Shown one piece after another: positions 9,155 to 19,741 of a stretch of 64,000 nt of DNA. Made by a program: the position numbers and the translations under genes. Below the pieces are notes generated by a model. The model saw nothing but the letters and a program-made list of their open reading frames with translations, did no database searches and was not told the DNA's origin. Numbering within the stretch: position 1 is the stretch's first letter; every line of letters starts with the position of its first letter. Origin of the DNA: Candidatus Binatia bacterium (GTDB lineage Bacteria; Desulfobacterota; Binatia; Bin18); NCBI GenBank assembly GCA_963666315.2, contig CAXXHG010000007.1:56020-120019 (forward strand), given 5' to 3'.

Positions 9155-11341
9155 ATGCGACGATTCAGTGTCATCTTTTTTGTGATTACAGCCTTTCTCG
9201 TCTTAACCGTCGCTATAGTTTTGCAGAGCCGGGGGCAAATTGATGCACCCGCCCCGCTGTCTTCGGTTGTGGCGATCACGCACCCCGAAGGAAAGAATAT
9301 TGCTGAATTCGTCAAAGCACAGGTCGCCCAGGTTTCCAATGTTGCTAGTGGCAAGGCCCCCGCTCGTTCATTCCCGCTTGCCCCTGCTACATCCGATACG
9401 GTCCGTGTACTGGACGGCCTACACAGTCACGTGGTGGTGAAGTGGCTTGATGCGTTAACAACACAGCCGTCATCTGTACCCCGCTTTGGGGCGAATAATG
9501 ATTATCTTGCCTATTTTGGTGATGACTGGGATGCCGACTGGCAGGGCGATGTGCCGGGCAGCGCGCCGCAGTTTAACGGCAGCGGGCAGTCGGGCTGGCT
9601 GTGGGTGAATCATGAGTATGTATCAAACTTTTCACCGACCCTGACTACTGCGCCGACCGGCCAGCACCTGATTTTTGCAAAATTTCTGAAAGCCCAGGAC
9701 ATCTTGCAAAACAATGTGGACGCGCCACTCTGGCCGCAGACTGCGCTGGACATCTATATTCGGTACCACAAGCAGCAACTTGGCGGCTCATGGCTGCGGA
9801 TTGTCCGTAACGCCCAAACCGGTCGCTGGAGTGTGGATCGTTCAGCCCAGGCGGTCCGATTTAATGCGACCAGCCAGACGCTCGTCACAGTGACGGGCCA
9901 GACATTGCGCTCCCGTGACCATGATGACACTGGGCAGCCTCTCCCGGCTGGTGTGGTCGTTGGCATCTTGGCGGATTGTTCGGGCGGGCAAACACCGTGG
10001 GGAACAATTATAACCGCAGAAGAAAACCAGCGGTGGTTTTACGGAGACCTAGAGATTTGCTGGGATCAAAACCAAAAATTCATAACAGAAAAAGGGTGTG
10101 ATCCTGGGGCGCCCATCGCCGTACCGACTGACCCGAGTCCTGCCTCTATATTTGGCCAGACTTCACATTGGCAGGAGCGTCATAGCCGCGAAGGCTACGG
10201 CTATCTTGTGGAAATAGATATCCGGAGTGCCCCCAATATTTTCTATACAAGTGTAGCTGATGGAGGCAGCGGGCGGGGGCATCGCAAGATTGGCAGTATG
10301 GGTCGCGCGCGCTGGGAGAATGTGGCCATCGTGGTGGACCGGAATTGGCAGCTTCAGTCCGGCAAACGAATCGTGCTCTACGCCGGCAACGACCGGCGCA
10401 GTGGCCGTATCTATAAATGGGTCAGCAAAGAACCCTACTCTGCAGGCATGACGCGAGCCCGGATTCGGTCATTACTCGATCAGGGCACGCTCTTTGTGGC
10501 CCACTTTGCCGGGCTCGATAACATGACTGGAAAGACACTTCTGGGTGGGACGGTGCCGACGGAGCAGCAGCCTGGCTCCGGACGGTGGATACATCTCAGT
10601 ATTGATAGTCTCGATATTGCTCCGAACGCTGAAGCTCTGGGTGATGCAAAAAAGACCGTGGGCGCCGCGCTTCAGGATATGGGCTGGAACAAGATGGGCG
10701 GCTTTCAGACTGATCACGACGTCAGACGCACGCTGTTCACTGCTGTGGCAAAGGTCGGTGTGATGGAGCTGAATCGACCGGAAGACCTGGAATGGAATCC
10801 TAAAGATCCGAGCGGAACGCCCCGCTTATATGTCGCCTTTACCAATCATTTCCAGGGAACCCAGCTTGATCAGCACGGGGTGATATTAGATCCGTCTATT
10901 GTCACGGTTCGCAACGATGAAGATGGGGCCATTTTCGTTATCCAGGAAGTGGACGTTCAGAGCCCAGCTCAATCAAAGACGTTTTCCTATTTCTCTGTAT
11001 GGCGGGGTTCTGTGGACCCGGCTGATGCGTCCGCTGCCGCCAACCCTGATAACCTCATGATCGACCGTGAAGGCGGCGTATGGTTTGGAACGGACAGAAA
11101 TTTTATACGCACTAGAGGCAGGGCCGCTGACGGTCTGTACTATCTTGATCTTGATCCCAGCCATCAAGCGGGAAAGCCTGGTATTACCGACCCCAGCTTT
11201 GGCAAAGCCTTTCGTATTGCCACCGTCCCGAGTGACGCCGAAGCCACCGGGCCTGCGTTTAACTCGGATATGACGACCATCTTTCTGAGTGTGCAGCATC
11301 CGGGCGAACGCTTCCCCAGCACCTGGCCGCAGGCGCGCTGA
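9155..11341 (+). CDS. phoX: Alkaline phosphatase PhoX (DUF839)
   Basis: FGANNDY, WVNHEY, DCSGGQTPWGTIITAEEN, GRARWEN, NRPED, NPDNL, EATGP, LSVQHPGE; start inferred at MRRFSVIFF. Confidence 0.9.
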   Translation: MRRFSVIFFVITAFLVLTVAIVLQSRGQIDAPAPLSSVVAITHPEGKNIAEFVKAQVAQVSNVASGKAPARSFPLAPATSDTVRVLDGLHSHVVVKWLDALTTQPSSVPRFGANNDYLAYFGDDWDADWQGDVPGSAPQFNGSGQSGWLWVNHEYVSNFSPTLTTAPTGQHLIFAKFLKAQDILQNNVDAPLWPQTALDIYIRYHKQQLGGSWLRIVRNAQTGRWSVDRSAQAVRFNATSQTLVTVTGQTLRSRDHDDTGQPLPAGVVVGILADCSGGQTPWGTIITAEENQRWFYGDLEICWDQNQKFITEKGCDPGAPIAVPTDPSPASIFGQTSHWQERHSREGYGYLVEIDIRSAPNIFYTSVADGGSGRGHRKIGSMGRARWENVAIVVDRNWQLQSGKRIVLYAGNDRRSGRIYKWVSKEPYSAGMTRARIRSLLDQGTLFVAHFAGLDNMTGKTLLGGTVPTEQQPGSGRWIHLSIDSLDIAPNAEALGDAKKTVGAALQDMGWNKMGGFQTDHDVRRTLFTAVAKVGVMELNRPEDLEWNPKDPSGTPRLYVAFTNHFQGTQLDQHGVILDPSIVTVRNDEDGAIFVIQEVDVQSPAQSKTFSYFSVWRGSVDPADASAAANPDNLMIDREGGVWFGTDRNFIRTRGRAADGLYYLDLDPSHQAGKPGITDPSFGKAFRIATVPSDAEATGPAFNSDMTTIFLSVQHPGERFPSTWPQAR

Positions 11342-11499
11342 TAACCGCGTTCTTGCTGAGACCAGCGAGCTGAGTTTTTTACTGATGCGCTAATCCGAAC
11401 AGAATAAACTTGGACTCATGCCAGGTCTCATATTTCCCGCGCTGTAAGTCTGAAAATCCTTTATATAGCTACGAGCTTCTCCTCCTCCGGGGTCAGGGT

Positions 11500-12306
11500 C
11501 TAGCCTTCACAAAACCGCTCAAACACCCCTGCATCAATCTTCTTCTTTTTTCCTTCAAAGAAATTTCGCTCGGTCCATTGGGCCAGAAAGCAGAGCTCGA
11601 CAAAGGGCAAATACCGCTGAAAGTCAGGAGCGCCTTGTGCGGCAAGGTGTTCGTAGAAGAGCGGTTGGAATTCTCCAAGCCAGCGTACACAGGCTTTGAT
11701 TGTCCCCATGCCGATGAGCTGATCATCGGCTATGCTTTCCACATCGATGGTGTAGAGTTTGCCGCCTTCCTGGCTGACCACAAAATTCTTGAGCACCGGG
11801 TCGGTGTAATCAAAACCAAGCCAGACCTGCTGCGGAGTGAGGGGTTCGATGGCTGTGCAAAGCCGCTCGTAGAGTGAATCGGAAAGGATGCCCACTTGGT
11901 TCAAGAAACGGAGATCTTGCGCAAGGCGAGCGGGAAATAGTGTGTCGGCTGTATCCACCAGTTCTGAACGTTTTGCATAGATTGTGGCATAAAAGTCTGC
12001 GACCTGACGGACGACCTGTTCCGTAACAACTCGGGGACGATCACCGGCTCTGAAGTCCACCCAGATCTCGTGTTCGTAGCGGGTGACGAGACGCGGGAAG
12101 ATGTCATCAGCGTGGAAGACTTCGAGATTATGCTCTATATCCGCAGCGATAGCCGAATCGGCCAGCTGTACCCGCTTGAAGCGCTGTCCGTTTATGGTTA
12201 CAAAATGCAGGCTTTTTGCTTTTCGTAACCGCAGGCCGAAAAGACTTGGGAAACGCGTTTGGATACGGCTGAGCCAAAGGGGCCTGGAGAAACTTTGCTT
12301 CACCAT
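11500..12306 (-). CDS. Hypothetical protein with degenerate kinase-like fold
   Basis: 268 aa with RBS; YTDPVLKNFVV...YTIDVE resembles APH-like catalytic motifs. Confidence 0.55.
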   Translation of the reverse strand: MVKQSFSRPLWLSRIQTRFPSLFGLRLRKAKSLHFVTINGQRFKRVQLADSAIAADIEHNLEVFHADDIFPRLVTRYEHEIWVDFRAGDRPRVVTEQVVRQVADFYATIYAKRSELVDTADTLFPARLAQDLRFLNQVGILSDSLYERLCTAIEPLTPQQVWLGFDYTDPVLKNFVVSQEGGKLYTIDVESIADDQLIGMGTIKACVRWLGEFQPLFYEHLAAQGAPDFQRYLPFVELCFLAQWTERNFFEGKKKKIDAGVFERFCEG

Positions 12307-12389
12307 CAGCTCCTCTTGTTACAGTCTCAGAGACGCGTGTTGTATATCCACACCGGGCGGCAAAAAGCAAGACAGGAGTACTCCGGGCT

Positions 12390-13421
12390 ATGACAATCAC
12401 CGATCCGCCCATAGTGACTGTCTTTATCCCGGTCTATAACCGAGAGCATTATATCGGCGAGGCGATTGAGAGCATCTTGTCTCAGAGCTTTCCCAATTTC
12501 GAACTCCTGCTGATTGACGACGGCTCAACCGACCGCAGCGTTGAAGTCATGCGTTCGTACGGCGATGCTCGCATTCGGGTGGTGTGCAATGAACACAATC
12601 TCGGCATCCCCAAAACGCGCAATCGCGGCTTAGAGCTGGCGCGAGGTGCGTACATCGCCTTACTCGACAGTGACGATCAAGCCTGTCCAGACCGGCTGAT
12701 CAAGCAAATGACCTTTTTGGACCAACATCCGGACTATGTCCAAGTCGGCGGCCGGATAAAATTTATGGACGAGCACGGGCAGCCGCTGAAAAAGAGAAAA
12801 CGCCAGCCTCGCATGTTCCAGGATATCCAGGCTCAGCTCTTATTTCGCTGTTGTTTGACCAATACAACCATCATGGCCCGAACCGCTATTCTACAGGAGT
12901 ATAGATATCGTGAGAGCTTTCCGCGCTGTCAGGACTATGACCTGCATGTGCGTCTCGCGAAGCGCTATAAAATGGCCAATTTCTCCGACGCGCTGACCCG
13001 TGTTCGCATTCACCCTGCTCAAATCACAGCGCTGACCCCAGAACTCGGTGATACCAAAAAAGGAGAAATTGTGAGTGGCCAGCTTGCAGACTTAGGGGTG
13101 GCGTTTCGCCAAGAAGACCTTCTGTCGCACCTCACGCTGTCTCGCATGCGCAAGTTCCGCTTTACTCCGGATCACGCCTATCTGGACTGGGCGGATGTCT
13201 GGTTGCAGGGCTTGCTAGCAGCAAACCGGAAAACCCAGCGCTATCCGGCCTCCGTCTTTCAGCGCACAGTGAGTGCAAAGTGGGCCAAAGCCTGTCAGGC
13301 CGCAGTAAACGGAATGGGCGGAATGGGCTGGATCGCGTGGAAAAGATTTCTACGCTCACCACTGCGGAAAGGGATTACCTCCCATATTCTCCGAGAACTC
13401 CGGGCACTCTCTCGTTGCTAA
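12390..13421 (+). CDS. Glycosyltransferase family 2
   Basis: VFIPVYNRE, IDDGSTD, TRNRGL, LDSDD, QDYDL. Confidence 0.93.
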   Translation: MTITDPPIVTVFIPVYNREHYIGEAIESILSQSFPNFELLLIDDGSTDRSVEVMRSYGDARIRVVCNEHNLGIPKTRNRGLELARGAYIALLDSDDQACPDRLIKQMTFLDQHPDYVQVGGRIKFMDEHGQPLKKRKRQPRMFQDIQAQLLFRCCLTNTTIMARTAILQEYRYRESFPRCQDYDLHVRLAKRYKMANFSDALTRVRIHPAQITALTPELGDTKKGEIVSGQLADLGVAFRQEDLLSHLTLSRMRKFRFTPDHAYLDWADVWLQGLLAANRKTQRYPASVFQRTVSAKWAKACQAAVNGMGGMGWIAWKRFLRSPLRKGITSHILRELRALSRC

Positions 13422-13496
13422 AGACACCCAGCCAGTGGTATGCGTTATGCGCATCAAGCCATCATGCAGAAACCATTGGGGAGAGAGGCAAACGCC

Positions 13497-14510
13497 TTAC
13501 GTGTCCCAGGGATGTTTTCCACCCTGCTGATAGTAGTCAAATAGCTCAAGCCAGAGCTGTGCTTTGTCACTGTCTAAACCTACCATCATCGACTTGAGAT
13601 AGGCTCTATAGACAAAATGCAGACGGAATAGGGGAGCGATAATACCGGTATCATACCCCAGCTCTTGGCAGTACTTCTCCACCGCTTGCTTCGCATAGCC
13701 GATGCCCGCTGCGTTAGATGTAGAGCTGGATGCATAGAAGGTTTTGATAGCCTGGGCCTTCTTCTGCCACGGCACCAAGCCGCCAATATACGCGTAGCGG
13801 GTGATGAAATAGAACAGATCAATAAGGGGCAGCCCGTTGAGATTGGCAGTCTCCCAATCGATGAGTCCACACGCGTCATCGGGTTGCATGATCAGGTTTC
13901 CAGGCGAGAGATCGCCATGCACGACAATACTCTCGAAAGATCCCCGAAAGCCCGTTTGCAGGCTATCGAATAATGGATCAAGCTCTGCAGGGCTTCGACC
14001 GACTTGCGTGAGAAAGACGCGTAGCGGCCTCAGCTCTTCAGCCAAGAATTCCTCTGTGCTGATAGCGGTTCGTGTCCCGCGTGCAAGCGTAACAAGCAAG
14101 TCAGTCGTGCGGCTGAGGTGGCGGGGAAAGCATTGACCCACATGCCAAAAGCGACGCGGGATTTCTTCCAGCATCTTCGTGCCGCGTACTGCCCGTTCAA
14201 TACTATATTTCTGCTTGTGCAGTTCGCCCAGAAGACAGGGCTGGGGAAGATGAGTGGCCAGACCCGGTTGGGACACAAGCGAGACCAGCAGGTCATACTC
14301 CTGCTCCAGCGGTGTATTTTGCTGTGGATCGCGCACGACTTTGACAAAAAAGAGGGGCTGTCCGGTGGGATCTATGACGGCAAAGTGAACCCGGCTGGCC
14401 TTCCAGTCCGTCCCCCGGATCTGGAGAAGGGACAACTGTTCGGGCGCACGCGTCTGACCCGTGAGGCTACTCCAGTTTTTTTGGAGTTCCTTTTCAAGCA
14501 CGTGTCTCAT
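13497..14510 (-). CDS. Aminoglycoside-phosphotransferase-like kinase
   Basis: FFVKV, VHGDLSPGNL, LIDWE, DLFYF; start inferred at ATG 14510 just after the methyltransferase stop. Confidence 0.8.
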   Translation of the reverse strand: MRHVLEKELQKNWSSLTGQTRAPEQLSLLQIRGTDWKASRVHFAVIDPTGQPLFFVKVVRDPQQNTPLEQEYDLLVSLVSQPGLATHLPQPCLLGELHKQKYSIERAVRGTKMLEEIPRRFWHVGQCFPRHLSRTTDLLVTLARGTRTAISTEEFLAEELRPLRVFLTQVGRSPAELDPLFDSLQTGFRGSFESIVVHGDLSPGNLIMQPDDACGLIDWETANLNGLPLIDLFYFITRYAYIGGLVPWQKKAQAIKTFYASSSTSNAAGIGYAKQAVEKYCQELGYDTGIIAPLFRLHFVYRAYLKSMMVGLDSDKAQLWLELFDYYQQGGKHPWDT

Positions 14511-14526
14511 CGTTTTTGGGCCAGCA

Positions 14527-15573
14527 TTATTTTTGAGCCAGAATGATAAAGCTGGGGCTGAAGAGCCAGTCCAAACCGAGGCGAGCAAGGCCCGAGCAGA
14601 ATACATATTCATCAAAACGCTGCGCCCTGAGCACCGTCTTGCGGAAGTAGCGCGCAGCGGCAGCATCTCCCCAGCGCGAGATGTAGCGGGGATCTTGGTA
14701 ACGCGGCCAGGGGCAATAGAATTCCAAACGCGAGTAGCCCGCCTGCCTAAAGAGACGCTGATAGCCACGCCGAGTATAGGTATAGGTACGATAACTCTTG
14801 TGCTTCAAGAGCCGGGTCACGGCCGAAGCCAGCTTGCGTGGCAGCAGGCTCGTAAAATAGAGCTTGCTGTGAGGGTCACGGCTGCGGTACAAAAACTCGA
14901 ACCCGATGCGGTTCTCGATGGCGACAAAGAGGGTGCCGCTCGGCTTGAGCAACTCCCGACAGCGTTCGAGAGCTTTGCGCTGCACCTCGCGTGGACTGCG
15001 GTCAGCGAGCCACTCGCCAACCCATTCCAAAACACCATTCATGACAATGCAGTCGAAGCTGGACTTGCCAAAAGGTAGGTCCCACACACTTGCGTGGATC
15101 GGAATAATGTTTGCCAAGTCTTCACACTCGACGCGCCGGGCCAAAAAATGCACCCGCTCAAAGGTGGCGTCCACGGCAAACACCTCCTTGCACACTTTGG
15201 CGATGGGAATGGCTAAGGTGCCAAAACCACAACCCAGGTCGAGCACCACACTTGTCGGATCAAGCGGCAGGAGAAAGCGTCCGTCGGCATGATTTGCACG
15301 AAAACTGTTCAGCAAGACGCCCCGACCACGGAGCTTGTGTGTATTCAGATACGCTGTGAGCCCAGCAACTCCTTTGTTTTGGTATAAATCAAGCAATACC
15401 GGCATCTCTTGTTGAGGCAGCTTTCCGTAGTAGTAGTCATGCTCTACAAACGAGAACACACCATCCTTTTTTGGGAATTGTCGCGGGCACGAGTCACACA
15501 CATAGGTCTTACCGGCGAGTCGAAGTGGGGAGAGGCACTGGGGACAATGGAGTTGCAAAACGGAGCCACCCAC
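14527..15573 (-). CDS. Class I SAM methyltransferase with N-terminal Trm112-like Zn finger
   Basis: CPQC...CDSC, VLDLGCGFG, FDCIVMNGVLEWV, VAIENRIG. Confidence 0.88.
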   Translation of the reverse strand: MGGSVLQLHCPQCLSPLRLAGKTYVCDSCPRQFPKKDGVFSFVEHDYYYGKLPQQEMPVLLDLYQNKGVAGLTAYLNTHKLRGRGVLLNSFRANHADGRFLLPLDPTSVVLDLGCGFGTLAIPIAKVCKEVFAVDATFERVHFLARRVECEDLANIIPIHASVWDLPFGKSSFDCIVMNGVLEWVGEWLADRSPREVQRKALERCRELLKPSGTLFVAIENRIGFEFLYRSRDPHSKLYFTSLLPRKLASAVTRLLKHKSYRTYTYTRRGYQRLFRQAGYSRLEFYCPWPRYQDPRYISRWGDAAAARYFRKTVLRAQRFDEYVFCSGLARLGLDWLFSPSFIILAQK

Positions 15574-15613
15574 CGGAGCAAAGGGAGACCGATTACGGCT
15601 GAGACTGCTCTTG

Positions 15614-16411
15614 TTATGCTTCGCCGACTGGTAACGGCGTCTCGTCTAACGACGCGGTCTCATAAGAGCTGAGCGTAGACTGGTGGGGTCCAAAATGGGC
15701 GCGTACTTGTGCAAGGTCTTCTGGAGTATCGATTTCGGCCCACCACAAGCCCTCGATTGAGGCCACCTCGACAAGGGAGAAGTCAGCCAGCGTATCAATA
15801 ACCGACAAATACCAGCGCTGCAGGGAGGCAGGCTTACGCATGGCCGTCTCAAGGGCAGTACGAAACGCCTCAGCCCCGCTGGCACGGAAACGCATCAGGC
15901 CGATGGACTCTCCATGCACCTGCGAAGGAGGGAGTCTTTTCCCCACTGCGGTCAGGCTGCGTTCATCTCGCATGGAGACTTTCATATCATCTGCGTCATA
16001 GACAGCTTTACGGTCGATAGCGAGCACAATGGGTGCCGAGGGGGCCCTGAGCAAACGCTGCAAGACGGCAGGTTCAAACAAGGTGTCGCCGTTCAGTAGT
16101 AGAAAGTTCGCATGCATTTCCGGAATAGCCGTCCAACACGTTGCCAGGTTATTTGAGACGGCGAAGAAGGGGTTATAGCGGATCGTTATGTCTATTCCAC
16201 GTACGGGGCACGTTGCCAGAAAAGACTCCACCTTTTCCGCCCCAAATCCGACCATGATCGTAGCCTGTTGGATGCCGCACTCAGCCAGGGCATGGAGTTG
16301 GATTTCTAGGGCAGGCCTGTCCGCATCGACCGACAACAGGCATTTCGGCGTGGTTTCGGTCAAAGGCAGTAGCCGTTTGCCCTGGCCTGCACTTAAAATA
16401 ATGGCTTTCAT
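15614..16411 (-). CDS. Nucleotidyltransferase (phosphocholine/sugar-phosphate cytidylyltransferase family)
   Basis: AIILSAGQGKRLLPLT..PKCLL, LNGDTLF, EIDTPEDL. Confidence 0.88.
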   Translation of the reverse strand: MKAIILSAGQGKRLLPLTETTPKCLLSVDADRPALEIQLHALAECGIQQATIMVGFGAEKVESFLATCPVRGIDITIRYNPFFAVSNNLATCWTAIPEMHANFLLLNGDTLFEPAVLQRLLRAPSAPIVLAIDRKAVYDADDMKVSMRDERSLTAVGKRLPPSQVHGESIGLMRFRASGAEAFRTALETAMRKPASLQRWYLSVIDTLADFSLVEVASIEGLWWAEIDTPEDLAQVRAHFGPHQSTLSSYETASLDETPLPVGEA

Positions 16412-16493
16412 ATGCTTTTGCTTGGGAGATAAGGGACTGTATTCAATTTATCCTGCCCGGTATAAGAGAAAACCACCAATGAATCAAGCAGGA

Positions 16494-16535
16494 TGAGCAG
16501 AATGAGTGGAATGAGTGAAATGAACAGAGTGAGAT
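16494..16535. repeat. Imperfect 9-bp tandem repeat in divergent spacer
   Basis: atgagcaga atgagtgga atgagtgaa atgaacaga. Confidence 0.6.
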
Positions 16536-16570
16536 CATCCAGGGTCAGGACCGGCCGGCGATAGGCGGTA

Positions 16571-18850
16571 ATGCTGGCTCTCCCCTCTCTTTTTCGGCGA
16601 CGGCTGGGAAAAACACTCAGTTTCTATCTTGCCACAGAATTCATCACCCCAACCTTGTTCTCTTTGTTTGGGTTGACCACGCTGGTGTTGACCAAGGATT
16701 TACTGGGATTCTCAGACTTGGTTATTAATCGCGGACTAGGGCTTGCCGCAGTTGGTTGGATTGCCTTTTACGAGATTGTTCCGCTTCTCTCGCAGACGCT
16801 GCCCTTCGCCGTTCTGGTTGGGACGTTGGTTGGACTCGGTCGTCTCAGGGCAGACCGTGAACTCCTAGCGATTGAAGCTGCAGGCGTGGCGCGTCAACGC
16901 TGTGTTCTGCCAGTACTCGGTTTTGCCCTCATCATGTCCGCCACAGGTCTCGGCTTTTCTCTGTATTCCGCTCCTGCGGCGATCCGCACGCTGGATGTCA
17001 CTTTGCGGGACATGATCCAGGAGAATCCCGGCATCTCCCTGCGCCCCGGGACAGTGCATCAGTTTGGCGGATCGCGCATGGTTGCACGGGAAATTTCTGC
17101 TCGCGGGGACCGACTGCGCGGCGTCCTCCTATGGATTTCAGATACTGCTCAAGAATACTTTGCCGGACAAACCTTGTTTGCGGAACGTGGAACCCTAGAG
17201 CCACTTGCTACGGGCACTGCTCGTCTGGTTCTGTACGACGGCGTTATTCTCCTCTCGCCCCAAGAGGGCGGAGGGGAGACTCGATTCCAAACCTTTGAAA
17301 CCATCCTCCAGGAATCGCAAAAGACCCTGGCTCGGAGTCCGCGGTCACTGGCCGGCCTTTCCCTGCCTGACTTAGTGACACGGGTGCAGGAAACGCCTCA
17401 AACGCCTCTGGGTGCCACACAAGCCCGTCGCGCCCGGACAGAGCTGAATCGGCGTTTTGCTGCCCCGCTGGCAAGCGTTGTCTTTGGCCTTTTGGCAATA
17501 CCCCTGGCATTCATGGGACAACGCTTCTCGCGCGCCGCAGGCGGAGTGTTGGGTTTAGTGCTGACTGTTGTCTATTATGGTCTCATCCAGCTCGGGGATG
17601 GACTGGCTCAGGCGGAAGTGGTCACTGTTGGGCTCGGAGTGTGGCTACCAAATATCGCGGTTGGTCTGCTGGCTCTCAGCTTACTCTGGTTTCAGGGACG
17701 TACACGTTTTCGGTGGTGGGCACTCGCACACCCGCAGGCTACGGACCCTACGCGAGCGGAGACGGACGCCTTTTCTCCACGGACACGGCGCGCCCTACTG
17801 CAGCGTTATGTTGTCCAACACTATACGCTGATGGTGCTGCTCGCTTTCGGCATTTTGTTCGTGGGTTATCTTCTGGTCGATATCCTCGAACGGCTCGAAT
17901 GGTTTGCCCGCCACAATGCAACGCCAACCGAGGCACTCAGGTTCTACGCTGCCCGTATCCCACTGCTGGCATCGCGCATCGTGCCTATGTCACTGCTGCT
18001 TGCCACCGCCCTGACGGTCAGCGTGTTGTCTTTCCACCGAGAGCTCATCGGCATGCGCGCCAGTGGTATTTCGGCAACCCGTACGCTGTCGTGTATTCTC
18101 ATTATTGCCAGTCTGATCGCTCCGCTCTCCTTTGTGTTGAATGAATATATCGTGCCCCGCACGAACGCTTTAGCCGATCGACTCAAAGAAACAGAAATCA
18201 AAGATCGTTCAGAGACCGGTGTGCTCCAAAAAGTGGTTTGGTATCGAGCCGGGAGCCATGTCTCTCAGGCAACACAGCTCGACCCGACACTGGGGGAAGC
18301 CACGGATATCTCTATCTACGAGCTCGGAGAGATGGGCCTGCCACGCAGCCGGACTGATGCCCGACGTGCTACATACGTGGGTGATGGGATGTGGGAGCTA
18401 GTTGATCCAGTCCGTATTACGATCTCTGAAAACGGGCTTCGGCGTGAGCCAGCAGAACGGCTCATGCAATTAGGCCAGGCTCCGGACACGAATATCGACA
18501 CCATGCACCTGGGCGTCTGGCAGTTAGCTCAGACCATCGGTGACACACAAACGGCGGGCTATGATGTCACTACCTACCGCGTTGATCTGCACGTCAAGCT
18601 GGCAACCCCGCTGGCCTGCATCCTGCTGCCTGCGATTGCCCTGTTCTTTGCCCTGAATGGACCGCCTTTCCCTGGCCCTGCTGTTACCCTGCTCATGAGT
18701 AGCCTCCTCGGGGTGAGCTATATTCTTTTCACCGGTGTGTGTGCATCCCTCGGCTACGGCGGGACCCTCTCTCCGCCACTTGCGGGCTGGGGACCAGCCA
18801 TGAGTGCTACTCTCTTGGCTGGAGTCTTTGCGTGGCAAAACCAGGGCTAG
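16571..18850 (+). CDS. Fused LptF-LptG LPS export permease
   Basis: Two YjgP/YjgQ halves: GRLRADRELLAIEAAG...WLPNI and RELIGMRASGIS...AGWGP. Confidence 0.88.
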   Translation: MLALPSLFRRRLGKTLSFYLATEFITPTLFSLFGLTTLVLTKDLLGFSDLVINRGLGLAAVGWIAFYEIVPLLSQTLPFAVLVGTLVGLGRLRADRELLAIEAAGVARQRCVLPVLGFALIMSATGLGFSLYSAPAAIRTLDVTLRDMIQENPGISLRPGTVHQFGGSRMVAREISARGDRLRGVLLWISDTAQEYFAGQTLFAERGTLEPLATGTARLVLYDGVILLSPQEGGGETRFQTFETILQESQKTLARSPRSLAGLSLPDLVTRVQETPQTPLGATQARRARTELNRRFAAPLASVVFGLLAIPLAFMGQRFSRAAGGVLGLVLTVVYYGLIQLGDGLAQAEVVTVGLGVWLPNIAVGLLALSLLWFQGRTRFRWWALAHPQATDPTRAETDAFSPRTRRALLQRYVVQHYTLMVLLAFGILFVGYLLVDILERLEWFARHNATPTEALRFYAARIPLLASRIVPMSLLLATALTVSVLSFHRELIGMRASGISATRTLSCILIIASLIAPLSFVLNEYIVPRTNALADRLKETEIKDRSETGVLQKVVWYRAGSHVSQATQLDPTLGEATDISIYELGEMGLPRSRTDARRATYVGDGMWELVDPVRITISENGLRREPAERLMQLGQAPDTNIDTMHLGVWQLAQTIGDTQTAGYDVTTYRVDLHVKLATPLACILLPAIALFFALNGPPFPGPAVTLLMSSLLGVSYILFTGVCASLGYGGTLSPPLAGWGPAMSATLLAGVFAWQNQG

Positions 18851-18892
18851 GCAGCGCCTCATCTCTGAGTTCAGCTGTGGAGTCTGTTGGAC

Positions 18893-19741
18893 TTACCACT
18901 CAGTCTCGTGCATGCCCAGGAGTTCTAAGAACACGTCCCCAGGTAGCCGCGACACGAGCGTACAAAAATGGTCGGAGAATTGGGAGACCAGTACCGCGTA
19001 CCCATCTTGGTCATATAGATACACATCTGCGCTTACCCGTCTTGCCCCGAAACCAGGCGACGGCATGCTTCCTCGTTGTCGGAGACAGACAATGGGTTGG
19101 GTATCGGACTCCAATCCAGCATAATATGCCACAGCCATAGGATGCCCCTGGACAGCGGCGACAGTTCCGCCCTGGAGTTGATAGCCCGCCTGCTGCAAAT
19201 CCGGCACATGCGTCGAAAAATCGAGCTGACCGGACTGATTAAACGATTCCTGTAATTGCTGAACTGCATGGGTCGTATACGTGAGGGCCACGCGGCCCTC
19301 CGTTACTGCGGAGTAATAGGACGTTGCAGTTGTCAGGAGACGTGAGGAAGGGCGCAGGCCAAAAAGCTGAAAGAGCGCGATCAACACCAGACAGGAGGCC
19401 AAGGCGGTTCCCCAAGCCAGCCGTGGCAGACGAGATCGGACTGGAGCGTATGCAAGCCTGGCTCGCATACGCTCCCAAAAGGCCAGCGGTGATGCGGTTT
19501 CGGCACTCAGAGCGTTCCGTAGCTGCCGCTCGACCGCCTCGGGAACAGGGACAATAAGTGTATGCACGGTAACCATGCGCGCAGCAAAGGCGGACTGGAA
19601 TTGCTGTGCGTAGGAAAGCAACTGGCTGCACGTCGTACACGACGCGAGATGACGATCCGCTTCGTTGCGTTCATCAGACGTTAGACACCCATCAACATGG
19701 GCAGCGACCAGCTCTTGATAGGTCTCGCAGTTCATAATCAC
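18893..19741 (-). CDS. Zinc-finger (zf-HC2) transmembrane anti-sigma factor
   Basis: C...HLASCTTC, one TM segment, periplasmic domain. Confidence 0.85.
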   Translation of the reverse strand: MIMNCETYQELVAAHVDGCLTSDERNEADRHLASCTTCSQLLSYAQQFQSAFAARMVTVHTLIVPVPEAVERQLRNALSAETASPLAFWERMRARLAYAPVRSRLPRLAWGTALASCLVLIALFQLFGLRPSSRLLTTATSYYSAVTEGRVALTYTTHAVQQLQESFNQSGQLDFSTHVPDLQQAGYQLQGGTVAAVQGHPMAVAYYAGLESDTQPIVCLRQRGSMPSPGFGARRVSADVYLYDQDGYAVLVSQFSDHFCTLVSRLPGDVFLELLGMHETEW

